This document shows, piece after piece, positions 42,570 to 52,985 of a DNA stretch of 64,000 nt (positions are counted from its first letter, which is position 1; each line of letters opens with the position of its first letter). The stretch lies in assembly GCA_000004985.1 (NCBI GenBank), contig GG738872.1. One strand, given 5' to 3'. A program made the position numbers and the translations under genes. The notes under the pieces are model-generated. The model was not told the origin of the DNA. It did not search any database and saw nothing but the letters and a program-made list of their open reading frames with translations. The DNA comes from Naegleria gruberi. Its lineage: Eukaryota.

Positions 42570-45500
42570 TTAGATATTTTGAAGTGTTTGGAAGTATTTT
42601 ACATAGGATTGGTCAATTGGTGGACATTTGGTTGAGATGGATTGAGAATTGGAATTGTCATATTTGGGAGTTGGTGGGAATGAAGATTTAATGTAAGGAA
42701 GAAGTGGATAAATTGAAATTCTATCATTAATTGAATCAATCCATTCAGAATAATTCATTTTCCTCAAGTTTTCATTGAGAGATTCTTCCAAATATTGAAT
42801 GAATAATTTGAATGGAATTGGATTTGAATTATTGACAATATGATAAATTTGATGAGGTATTTCAGAGTGAGATATTTCAATAATTGATTTGCAGATATAA
42901 TCCACTGGAACTAAACTCACATTCTCATTGGTGGCTGGGTAGGATTTGAGTTGATGAATGGATTGAATGAACTTGGTAAACCAGTCGTTTGGATTAGCAA
43001 TACCTGATGAGGACCAACTAGAAAGACCTAATCTGTATATCTTGAACTTTTTAAATCCAAACTTTTCCTTGCAATTTTGTAATAATTTTTCAGCAACCCA
43101 TTTGGTTTGAGAGTAACCATCTGAGGATTTTACTCCACTTTGTAAAAACGTTTCTCCAATTGAGTCTTTTTCGTAGAGAGTTGGATTTTGTGATAAATTA
43201 TCTCCATAAACACTAATTGTAGAGGCATGATGTAAAAATACAGAGTGTTTGGCCGTGGAAATAAACTTCAAAAGTATTTTCATAGAATTAACATTTGAGC
43301 CCTTTAGAATTGAATAGCTTTGAGAAAATTCAACTCTAGCAGCAATATGATAAATTGATGTTACACTATTCAGTAATGTTTCATAACTATTTGAATCCAA
43401 TCCAAAGTTTTCTTTTGAAACGTCACCAGCCAATACAGTTATTTTGTTGGAATCAAATAAGAGTTTGTAAGTTTCAAATACTTTGGTTAGTCTATCAGTT
43501 GCCTCATTGTCAGATTCTGCTCTGACCAAACAAATTAATTTAGAGAATTTTCCTTGTTTGGCTAACTCTGCAACGAGATGACTTCCAACAAAACCTGTTC
43601 CACCAGTAATGAGGGCAATATGTTCCTTATCATTGGTTTCCTTCTTATCAGAGAATATCAAAGGTTCAGTGAAACGTAAATCCTCTTCAACTTCCTCCAA
43701 TAGTCCTTTCTGTTGTTGAGATATTAGATGATTGACAATTTTCTTTCCAGATCCGAGTGAAATCAGATTGCATACAGAGGACAATGGTTCGTGAATTAAC
43801 AAATTAATTGGAATATTCTCTGTAATTGAAAATACTCGCTGAATAGAAAAGAGTAATCGAACAGCTTTCTTTTCATTGTTAATGAATATTGATATCGCTT
43901 CAACTTACAATTGATGTTCCTCCCATTTCTGTAAAACTTTTGCTCATATCTAACTCTGTTACTTCCAGAATATTTTTGCACATGTTTACAAAATTTGTCT
44001 CAATATTCGCATCTGCGTAATCAGTGAGATCTGATGAGAAATCTGCATAGGCATTTTCTATGTTTTGAGTATGTTTCTTATAAATATTGAATCTGGAAAC
44101 TTTTCCACTAGGTGTTAGCATATTATTTTCAATAGTCCAATCGTCTGTGTCTATAATGATCTCCCTTGGAATTTCAAAATGTCTGAGTCCATGAATTTTT
44201 CCTAAATTCCTCATAGATTTCAAGATTTGTTTTGATTCCACATCTTGAGAAACTGTACGCACAATTGCAATGATATAATCTCTGCTACTGTCTCCATAAA
44301 TACAACAATTCTCGATGAGATCAATTTGTTCAAATAGACCTTCTAGCTGTGAAGGACTAACAAATTCAGAAATAGCCAACTTGAAAATGTTCTTTCTTCT
44401 GTCAATTATCTTGATTGAATTATTGGATGGATCTAATACCACTATGTCTCCAGTTTTATAATATCCATCAGAGGTGAAATTTTCATTAGATTCTTGTTCA
44501 TTCTTATAGTATCCTTGAATAGTATAACTTGTCTATTCATTTGTTATAAAAATCAATTAGAAAATAATTGTTACAAACCTTAACTGCTAATTCACCTCTT
44601 GGAAGAGGTAAATCAGTGCTGAAGAAATTCATTTCAGGAACATCAAGAAGTTTAAATTGAACATCTGAATGAATTATACCATTGGTTGCTATACCTCCAC
44701 ATTCAGAACAGCCAAATCCCTCAACTATTTAAATTTGAATAATAAAACTACATAAGTTCTACTTACTAGTCGCTAATCCAAGAGTGTCTTTCAAAAAGTT
44801 CATTAATTCTGTTGAAACATGGGCACCACCAATTCCAATAAGTGAAATTCTTTTTCCAAAAAGTCTTCTATACTTTTGAACAATTTCACTGTGAGGAATA
44901 TTTGACGATTTCAAATCCATCAAATATTCGTTATATAGCGAGTTAACTATGGAAGGAGCCAATACTAGTCCAGTAGGATTAACAATTGGCAAATCCTCAA
45001 ATAAATTGACTCCCCTTCTACAATATGCTAATCTACCTCCTCTCATAAGAGTTCCATAAACAAGCACTCTGTCAGCCCCAAGAGATTGTGGACTAAATGA
45101 AGCCTCAACTACCAATCTGTCATGAGAAATTTGCTTCTTGATATCAATAATCCAATGATTGTTCTCAATAATGCATCCTTTAGCTTTTGAAGTTGATCCA
45201 GAAGTGAATATAAGAGCACCACACTTTGAATCTGTGTTCATGTAGAGAAGTTCACTATTGGAATCATCTGATTTCTTGTTGATAACTTGTCCATTACCTG
45301 CAACAGCATATTTGGGAGAGTCCTCTTCAACAACAATTGGAGTATCATATCTAATTCCCATGAGTGTTTGAGCTTGTGAGTTTGATTTGTGCATTTCCTT
45401 TCCCTTCTTGATTAAGGACTCCAAAGTAATAATGTTTACATTAGATCCATTTTCTTTCACACTTGTTGAGTCCATAGAAACAAGAGTGAATTGTGTTCCC

Positions 45501-46798
45501 TTCTTTTCAAGTAAAACGTCTAAAAACTTTCTAATGAGTATTCCCTCACAAACAATTACTTGCATACCAGAAGTATCAATAATTGAGTTCAATTCTGGAG
45601 TGGATCTAGAAGGTTGAAGCCCAACTGTGGTAAATCCATTCCATGAACACATCAAATCAACAAGGGTATATTCAAATCTATTCTCATTTGTTGAAATACC
45701 AATCATTACTTCATTCTGATTTCCTGATAATAACCCTGAAAATCCAAGTGAACAATAGAACAATTCCTCCCTAACATCAGAGTAGGTTCTATACTTGAAT
45801 GTGTTTCCATGTCTAACTCCAACACAAGGTCTGTCATTATAGGTTCTAAACATGTTATTGACAAAAGTGTGAAGATTAGGAGAATTCAAAATATTCAATT
45901 TCATGAATACTACATCATTGTTCTCCAATATATATGGATAACCAAAGAAAGGATCCAATATTTTGATCTTTTCGTATAAATCTCTGTCATTTTCTTCTAA
46001 TTTGATTGTGTCAGTATTAATATCAAACTCTATTTGCTTTTTGAAACAAACTTGTTCAATTGTTTTCATCCAACCATAACAATGTTCACACTTGACAGAA
46101 TTCTTATCATTTGAAGAGATGCACCGATATCTAGGATTTCCCTCTCCAAGACCACCTGATTGAATGACCCAATCGCAAACTCCACATCGATCCTCCCATA
46201 AATTATCTCCAAATCGATCAGTAATTTTCCCAGAGTTGAATTCAACAGTACCTCCTCCGTTTCCCGAATCAAATGAACTACTATAAGTAACTTGCCATGG
46301 TAAATTAATATTCGCACTCTTCAATTCATTCGATAATTCATCCAATTCTCTAACAAACTTTTCATTCAATTTTGCAGATTCAATCATTTTCGGATTTTCC
46401 TCCAAATCATTGATCTTTCCCTGATTTTCAATAATAATAGTCTTGAACTCTCTCAATTCCCTCAAAAACTCATCAATATTCAAACAAGAACTATTATCAT
46501 CATTTTGATCATCATTTTGTAATTTCTTATTAATTTGTTCAATCTTTTCCATTCTCAATTTTACAAACTCTTCCTGAACAATCTTAAAATCAGCCCTCAA
46601 TTTCTCACTCTCCACCACATAGGTCCTTCTCACTAAATTACCCAACCGCAACAATTCAACAATTCTCTCAAAATAATTTTCACTCCTCTCCGGATTTAAA
46701 GATTTTAAATTCTCACAGTCGGCATAACAAGACTTTAAAAAGGGAAATTCTAATAGGATAGCAGTGTCATGATTTTTGATTTCAAGTTCTTGAGACAT
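42570..46798 (-). CDS. NRPS-like adenylation / peptidyl-carrier / thioester-reductase (A-T-R) enzyme, about 1349 aa, four exons: about 44767..46798, 44579..44724, 43909..44532 and 42570..43817. Carboxylic-acid-reductase or Lys2-like architecture with an about 340-aa N-terminal extension.
   Basis: Adenylation domain: A3 is LIFTSGSTSKAKGCII, A5 is EGFGCSECGG (after intron 1), A7 is YKTGDIV, and A10 is PSGKVSR. Carrier motif FTEMGGTSI is split by intron 3. Reductase domain has ITGGTGFVGSHL and YSQTKWVAE (YxxxK). Introns are 42-91 nt, GTAAGT or GTTTGT. ORFs 44759..46798, 43900..44442 and 42570..43802 are the exons. Confidence 0.75.
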
Positions 46799-47351
46799 TT
46801 TTTTTTGATTTTTTAATAAAATAGCATTTAAATAGTGTTACTTAAATATAATGACAGTATTGAACACTTTACAATGAGAGTTCGACAAACAGTTATTTTA
46901 ATGATCAATTATTTTCAAATTAAACTTACATCTAACAACTTTCCAATAGATCTATTTCACAACATTAGTTGATAAGATGTCAAAAGTCAACTTTGTATCT
47001 GAGAAATTGAATTAATTCTGTCAATTATTTTGTTCTGTTGTTATACATGTATTTGTTGTTGGATTATTGGTCGTATTTATTGTGATATTATTAAGTATTA
47101 TTTCTAATATGATTCAATGGTGAAGATTGGTTGGAATTTGTTTAGACATCTTTCGAATAGAGTTTATACGAAAGTTGAACAACCATTCGAAACTAGTAAT
47201 AACATTCAAACTGTAAAATATCGTAAATTTTTGGAGGTAAAACAGCTTAATTGTTGAATCACTGAAATGAGTTTTTGTTTCTTATTGGAATAGCACCTTG
47301 TTGGTCATTTCTTTGAGTCATTAATCAAATGTCAAACCATCAAATAAAAAA

Positions 47352-47912
47352 ATGCAACATAAATTTCTCCTGGCCGTTGTCCTGCTGGTTTTGTTTGCCA
47401 CAACCATCACTCTGGCTCAAAACATGGGATGTTCATCGGATAGAGATTGTCTTTCTAACTACAAGTGTGTCTCAATTTCAAAACCAAATAGTGAAAAGTA
47501 TAATGCTTGTCTTCCTAACTCTGATGACAGATCAACTATTGTCAGTGCAATGAATGCCAAGGCTTCAAGAATTTCCTCAGCAAAGAATAGTTTGAATGGA
47601 ATTGTATTGGCTGATGATGAACAAGTTGCTTTATCTGCCAAATCGGATATTACAGCAACAACAACGGCAACAACTACCACTGCTGCTCCAACAACTACAA
47701 CATCTTCAATTACATTGGTAGATAAGAATTCTGCTATCAGTAGTGATGTTGGTGGTGGTTCGGCCAATACTGAAAATGAAGAACAAGAGGAAAATACTGA
47801 ACAAGAGGAAGAAGAAAATGATGAAGAGGAAAATGAACAAGAGGAAGAAGAGGAGGAAGAGGATGAAGATGAAGAAGAAGAAGAGGATGATGAAGAGGAT
47901 GAGGAAGAATAG
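47352..47912 (+). CDS. secreted small protein with a signal peptide, a 4-Cys module, a Thr-rich linker and an about 60-aa poly-acidic (E/D) tail
   Basis: MQHKFLLAVVLLVLFATTITLAQN, then CSSDRDCLSNYKCVS...CLP, then TTTATTTTAAPTTTT, then EEENDEEENEQEEEEEEEDEDEEEEEDDEEDEEE. Confidence 0.5.
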   Translation: MQHKFLLAVVLLVLFATTITLAQNMGCSSDRDCLSNYKCVSISKPNSEKYNACLPNSDDRSTIVSAMNAKASRISSAKNSLNGIVLADDEQVALSAKSDITATTTATTTTAAPTTTTSSITLVDKNSAISSDVGGGSANTENEEQEENTEQEEEENDEEENEQEEEEEEEDEDEEEEEDDEEDEEE

Positions 47913-48039
47913 ATTTTCAGTTTTGAATAAATCATGGAATTGGAAATACTCTACTTCCAACTTGGTGTTTTATTACAAAAATGATTCTCTTAATTTACAA
48001 AATATATTTCCTAGATTTTCCTAGATTAGAGATTTAACC

Positions 48040-50006
48040 TTACAGATATTCATCGTCGTGTTCCTTAGACTTGTCGAGAAATTTCTTAGTCAGTGAAGAT
48101 AAATCCTTCAACTTTTCAGAGAGTGAATTGGGACTGCTCACAACTGGTTCTCTTGGTGCCAATCGTGTTGTGTTTGTTGATACTGTTGGTGGTTTTGGAG
48201 AGCTTTTAGGTGATACTCTAATGTTGGGTGTGGTTAAATTATTGCCAAAGCTCATATATTCGGTGGGTATTATTGAACTTGCCTTAGTATCAACTGTTGG
48301 GTTAAGGGAATTCAAAGGTCGGTCCGATCTTCTCCTATTTTCTAACATTTCTTCTTGGTGTCGTATTGTTAGGAGGAGAGATCCTCGTTCCTTCTTTAAT
48401 TGTTTGATTTCTTCTTCCTTTACAGAGATTTTCATCTCATAGTAATCAAACTTTTCCCTGTCCTCTTTTTGTTTACTCTCCTGCTCTGCTTGTATCAGTC
48501 TCTCGTAATGTTTGAGCTTGTACACGAGTTTGGTGTTTTCACTCTTTGCTTCGTTTAATTCAATTTCAAGTCTCGTTAATTCTTCGTCTTTTAACCTCAC
48601 TGCATGCAAAACAATATCCTTCTTTTCCTTATCATTTTGGTGCTGGTACTCGTTAAGTTTTGATTTGAGTGTTTTGACAACACCCAATTCAGTTGCTATT
48701 GTTTGTTCTGCTCTAGAAAGAGAAAGAGTTAATTGTTCAACTTCAGAACACTTGAGATTATACTCGTTTCTAACTATTTCAACCTCCTTATTAAGACTGT
48801 CGAATTTTCTTTGTATTTCATCCATATGATTTTTCTCTGTATAGGTTAATATTACAGAAAAAGAAAATGAATCAACTTACTTTGCTCCTCTAGCAATGTT
48901 CTATCTTCCTTCAGAATTTTCAAATCTTGTTCGAATTTTCTGCTCATAAATTCCTTTTCTCTATTTAATCGTTCAATCTCTTTTACGTACTTGGTAATAT
49001 CCAATTTTTTGAGTTGTTCTTCTAGATAATTGTTCGATGCCTTAAGATCCTTCTCTTTATGCCTAGCTACCGATAATTCATATTTTAATTGTTTGATTTC
49101 TTTCTGATATTCCAATTCCTTCTTTCTGAATTCTTTGGCCTTATTTTCATCCTCAATATCGGCCATCTTTGATTGAATTAATAATGCATACACTTTCTGT
49201 CTCCACTTGTTTAGAATTGAAACTTGAAGTTGATGTTTTCCTTTTTTAAGAAAATCATCCTTCCCGTCTTGCACCTTGTTGAATTCGTTAATTTCATTAT
49301 TTTGAATTTCAATGATTTCCTCCAGAGCTGCAATTCTTACAGATAAAAATTCAACTGATTGTTCATTTCCTTTCGAGTAGTGATGTTCCTCCTCTTCAAA
49401 GTGATACCTATTTGGCTCTTCATAATAACCAAAGTTTGATCCCTGTTGTTGTCTCTTCTCGTCAAATTGATGTCTCATGTTTGCTGTATGATCTGAATAA
49501 TCAAACTTTTCATTTTGATTTCTATTATTCATAATTGATGAAGGATTAAAAGTTGGATTTTGGTTCATTGCTGATGAAGGTGGAAGTGTTGAAGGATTAA
49601 ACTCTCTTTGTTTTATCTTTTCTCTTGTCTGTTCAATATCTCGAAGCTTTTGTTTTTCATGTTCCACAGAAAATCCCAAATCTCTAATGTAGGAACTAGC
49701 ATCATAAACTCTAGGTGATTGTTCTTCATATTTGAAACCTTGTGTTTCCTCCCTTAAATAAGAAGATTGATGATATAAATTATTATTTGGAGAGTTTGAA
49801 TTTCCTCCAGCTGAATTCAAGAAGGATTGTTGCCCTGCTCCATTCATTCCGAATTCATGATGATAGGATGAAGGTGATTGCCGCGAATGATTGTTTGCTG
49901 ATAATAGAGCACTTGAATTTTGTGGCGAGTATGAGGATCCAAATGCTTTCATTTTCTTTTTGGTGTAAAATTTGGGCGGGAAAAATTCAAAGCAAATTGT
50001 AGTCAA
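48040..50006 (-). CDS. coiled-coil protein of about 640 aa. Two exons: about 48881..49952(50006) and 48040..48836, with a 44-nt GTAAGT...TATACAG intron.
   Basis: ORFs 48852..50006 and 48040..48825 are joined in phase. Continuous E/K/L/Q-rich heptad repeats. Confidence 0.55.
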
Positions 50007-50158
50007 GGTGGAGGTAAACTTTTTCTAATACCAAATCAGATCAATTAATTGTTAATGCATTAATTATTAGCATTGAATAGACACTCTATTGAAAGTAACA
50101 TGTTTATAATAACACACTAGTGGTGTATGGAAAGGATTTATTTAAAATGTACAATTTT

Positions 50159-50740
50159 TTAGTTCTTTTTCTTATTCTTCTTGGCACCCTTTGATTTGGC
50201 CTTGGAAGCTGATGGGCTTGCTGTGGAAGCACTTGAGCTAGTTCCGGTTGATGAAGAAGTGGATGAAGAAGCTTCTTCCTTCTTTTGGTTGACTCTGTTT
50301 TCAAGACGTGGAATTAAAGATGCAATATGTTCCAATAAATCTGCCTTTGTGGTCCATTCTAATTGAGGAACTGACTCCTTCTTTAATAAAACTCTAACTC
50401 TTCCAAATTCAAAAGGTTCTTGTGGGTATCTCTTTGTTTTCTATATTATTCCGATAATAAAATTCCAAAATAAAATCCGATTATTAATATCTTGATAAAT
50501 GATTCCTACCTCTAATTCGTATGGTATTTTTAAATGTTGACAAATATCGGCAATTTCTGTTGCCTTTGGATTTTCCACACATTTTTCCTTTGCGATCTTT
50601 CGTCCTTGGCTTAAAGTTTTATTCTTATCAATATATACAGGGTAAATAATTTGCATTCTGTTTACTTCATCAGGAGGAGTGGATTTTCTCACTCGTGAAC
50701 GGGCAATCTTGGAAGTGGCTGTTGTTGCTGATGTACTCAT
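50159..50740 (-). CDS. SRP19: signal recognition particle 19 kDa protein (SRP19). Two exons: 50491..50740 and 50159..50440.
   Basis: Exon 1 (NRMQIIYPVYIDKNKTLSQGRKIAKEKCVENPKATEIADICQHLKIPYELE) and exon 2 (FEFGRVRVLLKKE...) match the SRP19 core. GTAGGA...ATATAG intron of 50 nt. K-rich tail. Confidence 0.8.
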
Positions 50741-50954
50741 TTTTTATTCTTCTTCATTAATAATAGTTTTTCGATTTGATTATTTATTAATTTTAATTTG
50801 TTATTTGATGATTCATCATTGCGAATCACAAGTCTCTTTGATGGTTCGATTGAAAAAAATAATGATTTAATTTTTCTTTCATATTGATCAAATCAATAAT
50901 ACTAATATAATACTGATTATCAATCATTTAGAAAATATACTTTTTGGAAAAAGC

Positions 50955-51596
50955 ATGAGTAATAATTTATTATTCAATGAAAATCATGATGTAAAGGCAG
51001 ATTTATCAAATAATTCAAGAAGTATCAAATTTAATGATTCACCTCTAGTATTGTATCATCATAATGACCATTCATCAAATTCTTCTTCTCCTTTAAACAA
51101 CGAACATACATCTCCACAGTGGGAAGAATTTATTGTTCATCTATCCCGATGGAATGTCATTAAAAAGCACTCGGGTTTTCTCATCCTTCTCCTTCTCTTG
51201 CATTATCTAGTATTGGGATGGAGTGGAGTGCAACACTTTAATTCATCCCCTCGATTCATTCTCATTGGATTATGTTGGCTCTATTGGTTCTACTCACTCC
51301 TCTCGAGTACCATCTCGGAGAGTATTGTAGGAATGAAGGGAAAAGGTGTTCAATTGGAAAAGACGACATTCCTCGGCTATAAAACTCATCAACTCTTCAT
51401 TCCAATTGAAAATATCAAACATGTTGTCATAGCAGAGGGCTTTCATATTGATTGTGTGATTTACTATTTGGCCATTATTTTGAAACAAGCCCACAAGAAA
51501 AAGATGGTTATTGTTCCATTCGAAATGTTCAATCCACGATTAAACCTTTTACGAAAGGTCTATCCAAAATTGAAAAGAGTGTTATTTGATGAATAA
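50955..51596 (+). CDS. PIG-H / Gpi15-like subunit of GPI-GlcNAc transferase
   Basis: Two adjacent TM helices, followed by IPIENIKHVVIAEGFHIDCVIYYLAIILK...VIVPFEMFNPRLNLLRKVY, which resembles the PIG-H domain. Confidence 0.5.
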   Translation: MSNNLLFNENHDVKADLSNNSRSIKFNDSPLVLYHHNDHSSNSSSPLNNEHTSPQWEEFIVHLSRWNVIKKHSGFLILLLLLHYLVLGWSGVQHFNSSPRFILIGLCWLYWFYSLLSSTISESIVGMKGKGVQLEKTTFLGYKTHQLFIPIENIKHVVIAEGFHIDCVIYYLAIILKQAHKKKMVIVPFEMFNPRLNLLRKVYPKLKRVLFDE

Positions 51597-51616
51597 TAAA
51601 TAAACAAAGAGTTCGT

Positions 51617-52620
51617 TTAATTGAAAATGTGAGACCACAGGAAATCATCCAAACAGTGCATATTATCAACACCAATTCCAGAATTGATATCCTTACTGTG
51701 TTTTTTCAATTTAAAAAATAATATCCATTTAAATGATTTTAAATTATTATTATTATTAATAACAATCAATATTCCATCACCATAAATGATATATTAATAT
51801 TATTATTATACATTTCATAAATTATAAATATACAATTAATTCCATTATGTTCAAAATAAATACACATACATTTCAGTAGCAGTCATTTTAGTAAAACCAA
51901 CACCAATAGCATTTTCCTTTCCTTCAACCATGATGGCAACAGCTTTATCCTTTCCTACAGACATATCCATACTAGCTCCTGGTGATGTTAATCCTCTACA
52001 CATAATATTGGCTCCACTCAAAATGAATTTAACAGCTCCTCTATCAACTTGGAAGAGTGGCAACATTTGTGGATCTATTTAACCATTCCGATCGTTGAAA
52101 AATTTGAATAGAATATATAACGTACATTGATGTAAAACTTTAAGATGTGGGAAGAATGGTCCATCGTGAACAGAGAAGAATTTGGCTTCATTATTCACAA
52201 CAACAATATTGATTTGTCCGGAACTATTTTCATCAATATAATCAATTTGTAATATTATATCAATAGATACGAGATTATTTCAAAATGGTGATTTTAAATG
52301 TTAGAGTTTGAATTGTTTAAATATTGTTGTTATTGTAATTGTTAATATTATTAAGATAAAAATTGTAATAAAAAAACAATGTAAAAGAATACTCGTGAGT
52401 GAATATAAACATACCATTTGATCAACAATAATGGAACCTTTTTTGGAAGAATTTCTTCCTCCAAAGTTTCACCCAACATTGGATATTGTTCACTGATCGA
52501 TCTTCTGATACCTCTTTCGACAGAGCTCTTTAATTTTGTGGCGCTTCCGACATCCTCCTTGGTCCACCTGTATTTAATTCCGAGAGTGGTTAATCTCGGT
52601 GTTGAAATGATTGCTTACAT
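51617..52620 (-). CDS. MCTS1: MCTS1/Tma20 (DUF1947 + PUA) translation re-initiation factor. Five exons: 52619..52620 (AT of the start codon), 52415..52567, 52126..52223, 51870..52074 and 51617..51695.
   Basis: The spliced product (...[55 protein letters not shown]...VAIMVEGKENAIGVGFTKMTATEIKDINSGIGVDNMHCLDDFLWSHIFN*) aligns along the length of human MCTS1. GTATGT and GTACGT donors. Start codon inferred as AT|GTAAGC...ACAG|G. Confidence 0.7.
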
Positions 52621-52723
52621 ACTTTTTGAACATTTTTTTTCAATTATTTTTTTTTAAATTTTTAAAAATTATTGAAATTAAATATCGAAATTGGTGTCAA
52701 GAGGATTGAAATGTCGTAATTTC

Positions 52724-52788
52724 ATAATTTTTATGTTTTATTTAATAACAGCTAAGCAGACCTAATTTCTTGGTTTTCCCTTTCTCTT
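52724..52788 (-). repeat. diverged partial copy (about 75% identity) of the RPS23 3' end (last about 10 codons + 3' UTR)
   Basis: ATAATTTTTATGTTTTATT ... TAATTTCTTGG(T/C)TTTCC(C)TTTCT occurs at 52724..52788 and again at 54449..54516 (the genuine RPS23 stop region) with the same order, spacing and partly similar spacer. The reverse strand encodes K-R-K-G-K-P-R-N-stop, against GKKEKPRN-stop in RPS23. Confidence 0.5.
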
Positions 52789-52843
52789 ATAGCAATGAAC
52801 TGGAGCATTTTTTAAAGTAAAAAAAATTCACAGTCTGTTTTAT

Positions 52844-52869
52844 TAATTTCTTGGCTCTTGCTTCTTCAT
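52844..52869 (-). repeat. third, shorter copy of the RPS23 C-terminus/stop motif
   Basis: TAATTTCTTGGCTCTTGCTTCTTCAT. The reverse strand encodes KKQEPRN-stop. Confidence 0.35.
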
Positions 52870-52985
52870 CGTTCCTTTTTATTTCCACTAATTATGAGAT
52901 GAAGCGGAATGGCTTTTTTACAACATTTTACATTTTTTTATTTTTGGCGGGTTGAATGAGTTTAAAAAGATCATGAAAATCACAC

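Noticed and set aside
43900-44442. ORF 43900..44442(-) as an independent gene
   Set aside because: It is an internal exon (A-domain C-terminal subdomain + carrier motif) of the A-T-R gene. It has no plausible start, and canonical splice sites sit on both sides in phase with the neighbouring exons.
47459-48024. ORFs 47459..47935(-), 47706..47960(-) and 47743..48024(+) with poly-S, poly-F/L or poly-K/R translations
   Set aside because: These are alternative-frame and antisense readings of the GAA/GAG/GAT repeat that encodes the acidic tail of the secreted protein 47352..47912.
50104-50366. ORFs 50104..50304(-) and 50181..50366(+)
   Set aside because: They overlap the second exon of SRP19 (50159..50440, minus strand) in the wrong frame or on the opposite strand. 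The in-frame exon continues the conserved SRP19 sequence (FEFGRVRVLLKKE...).
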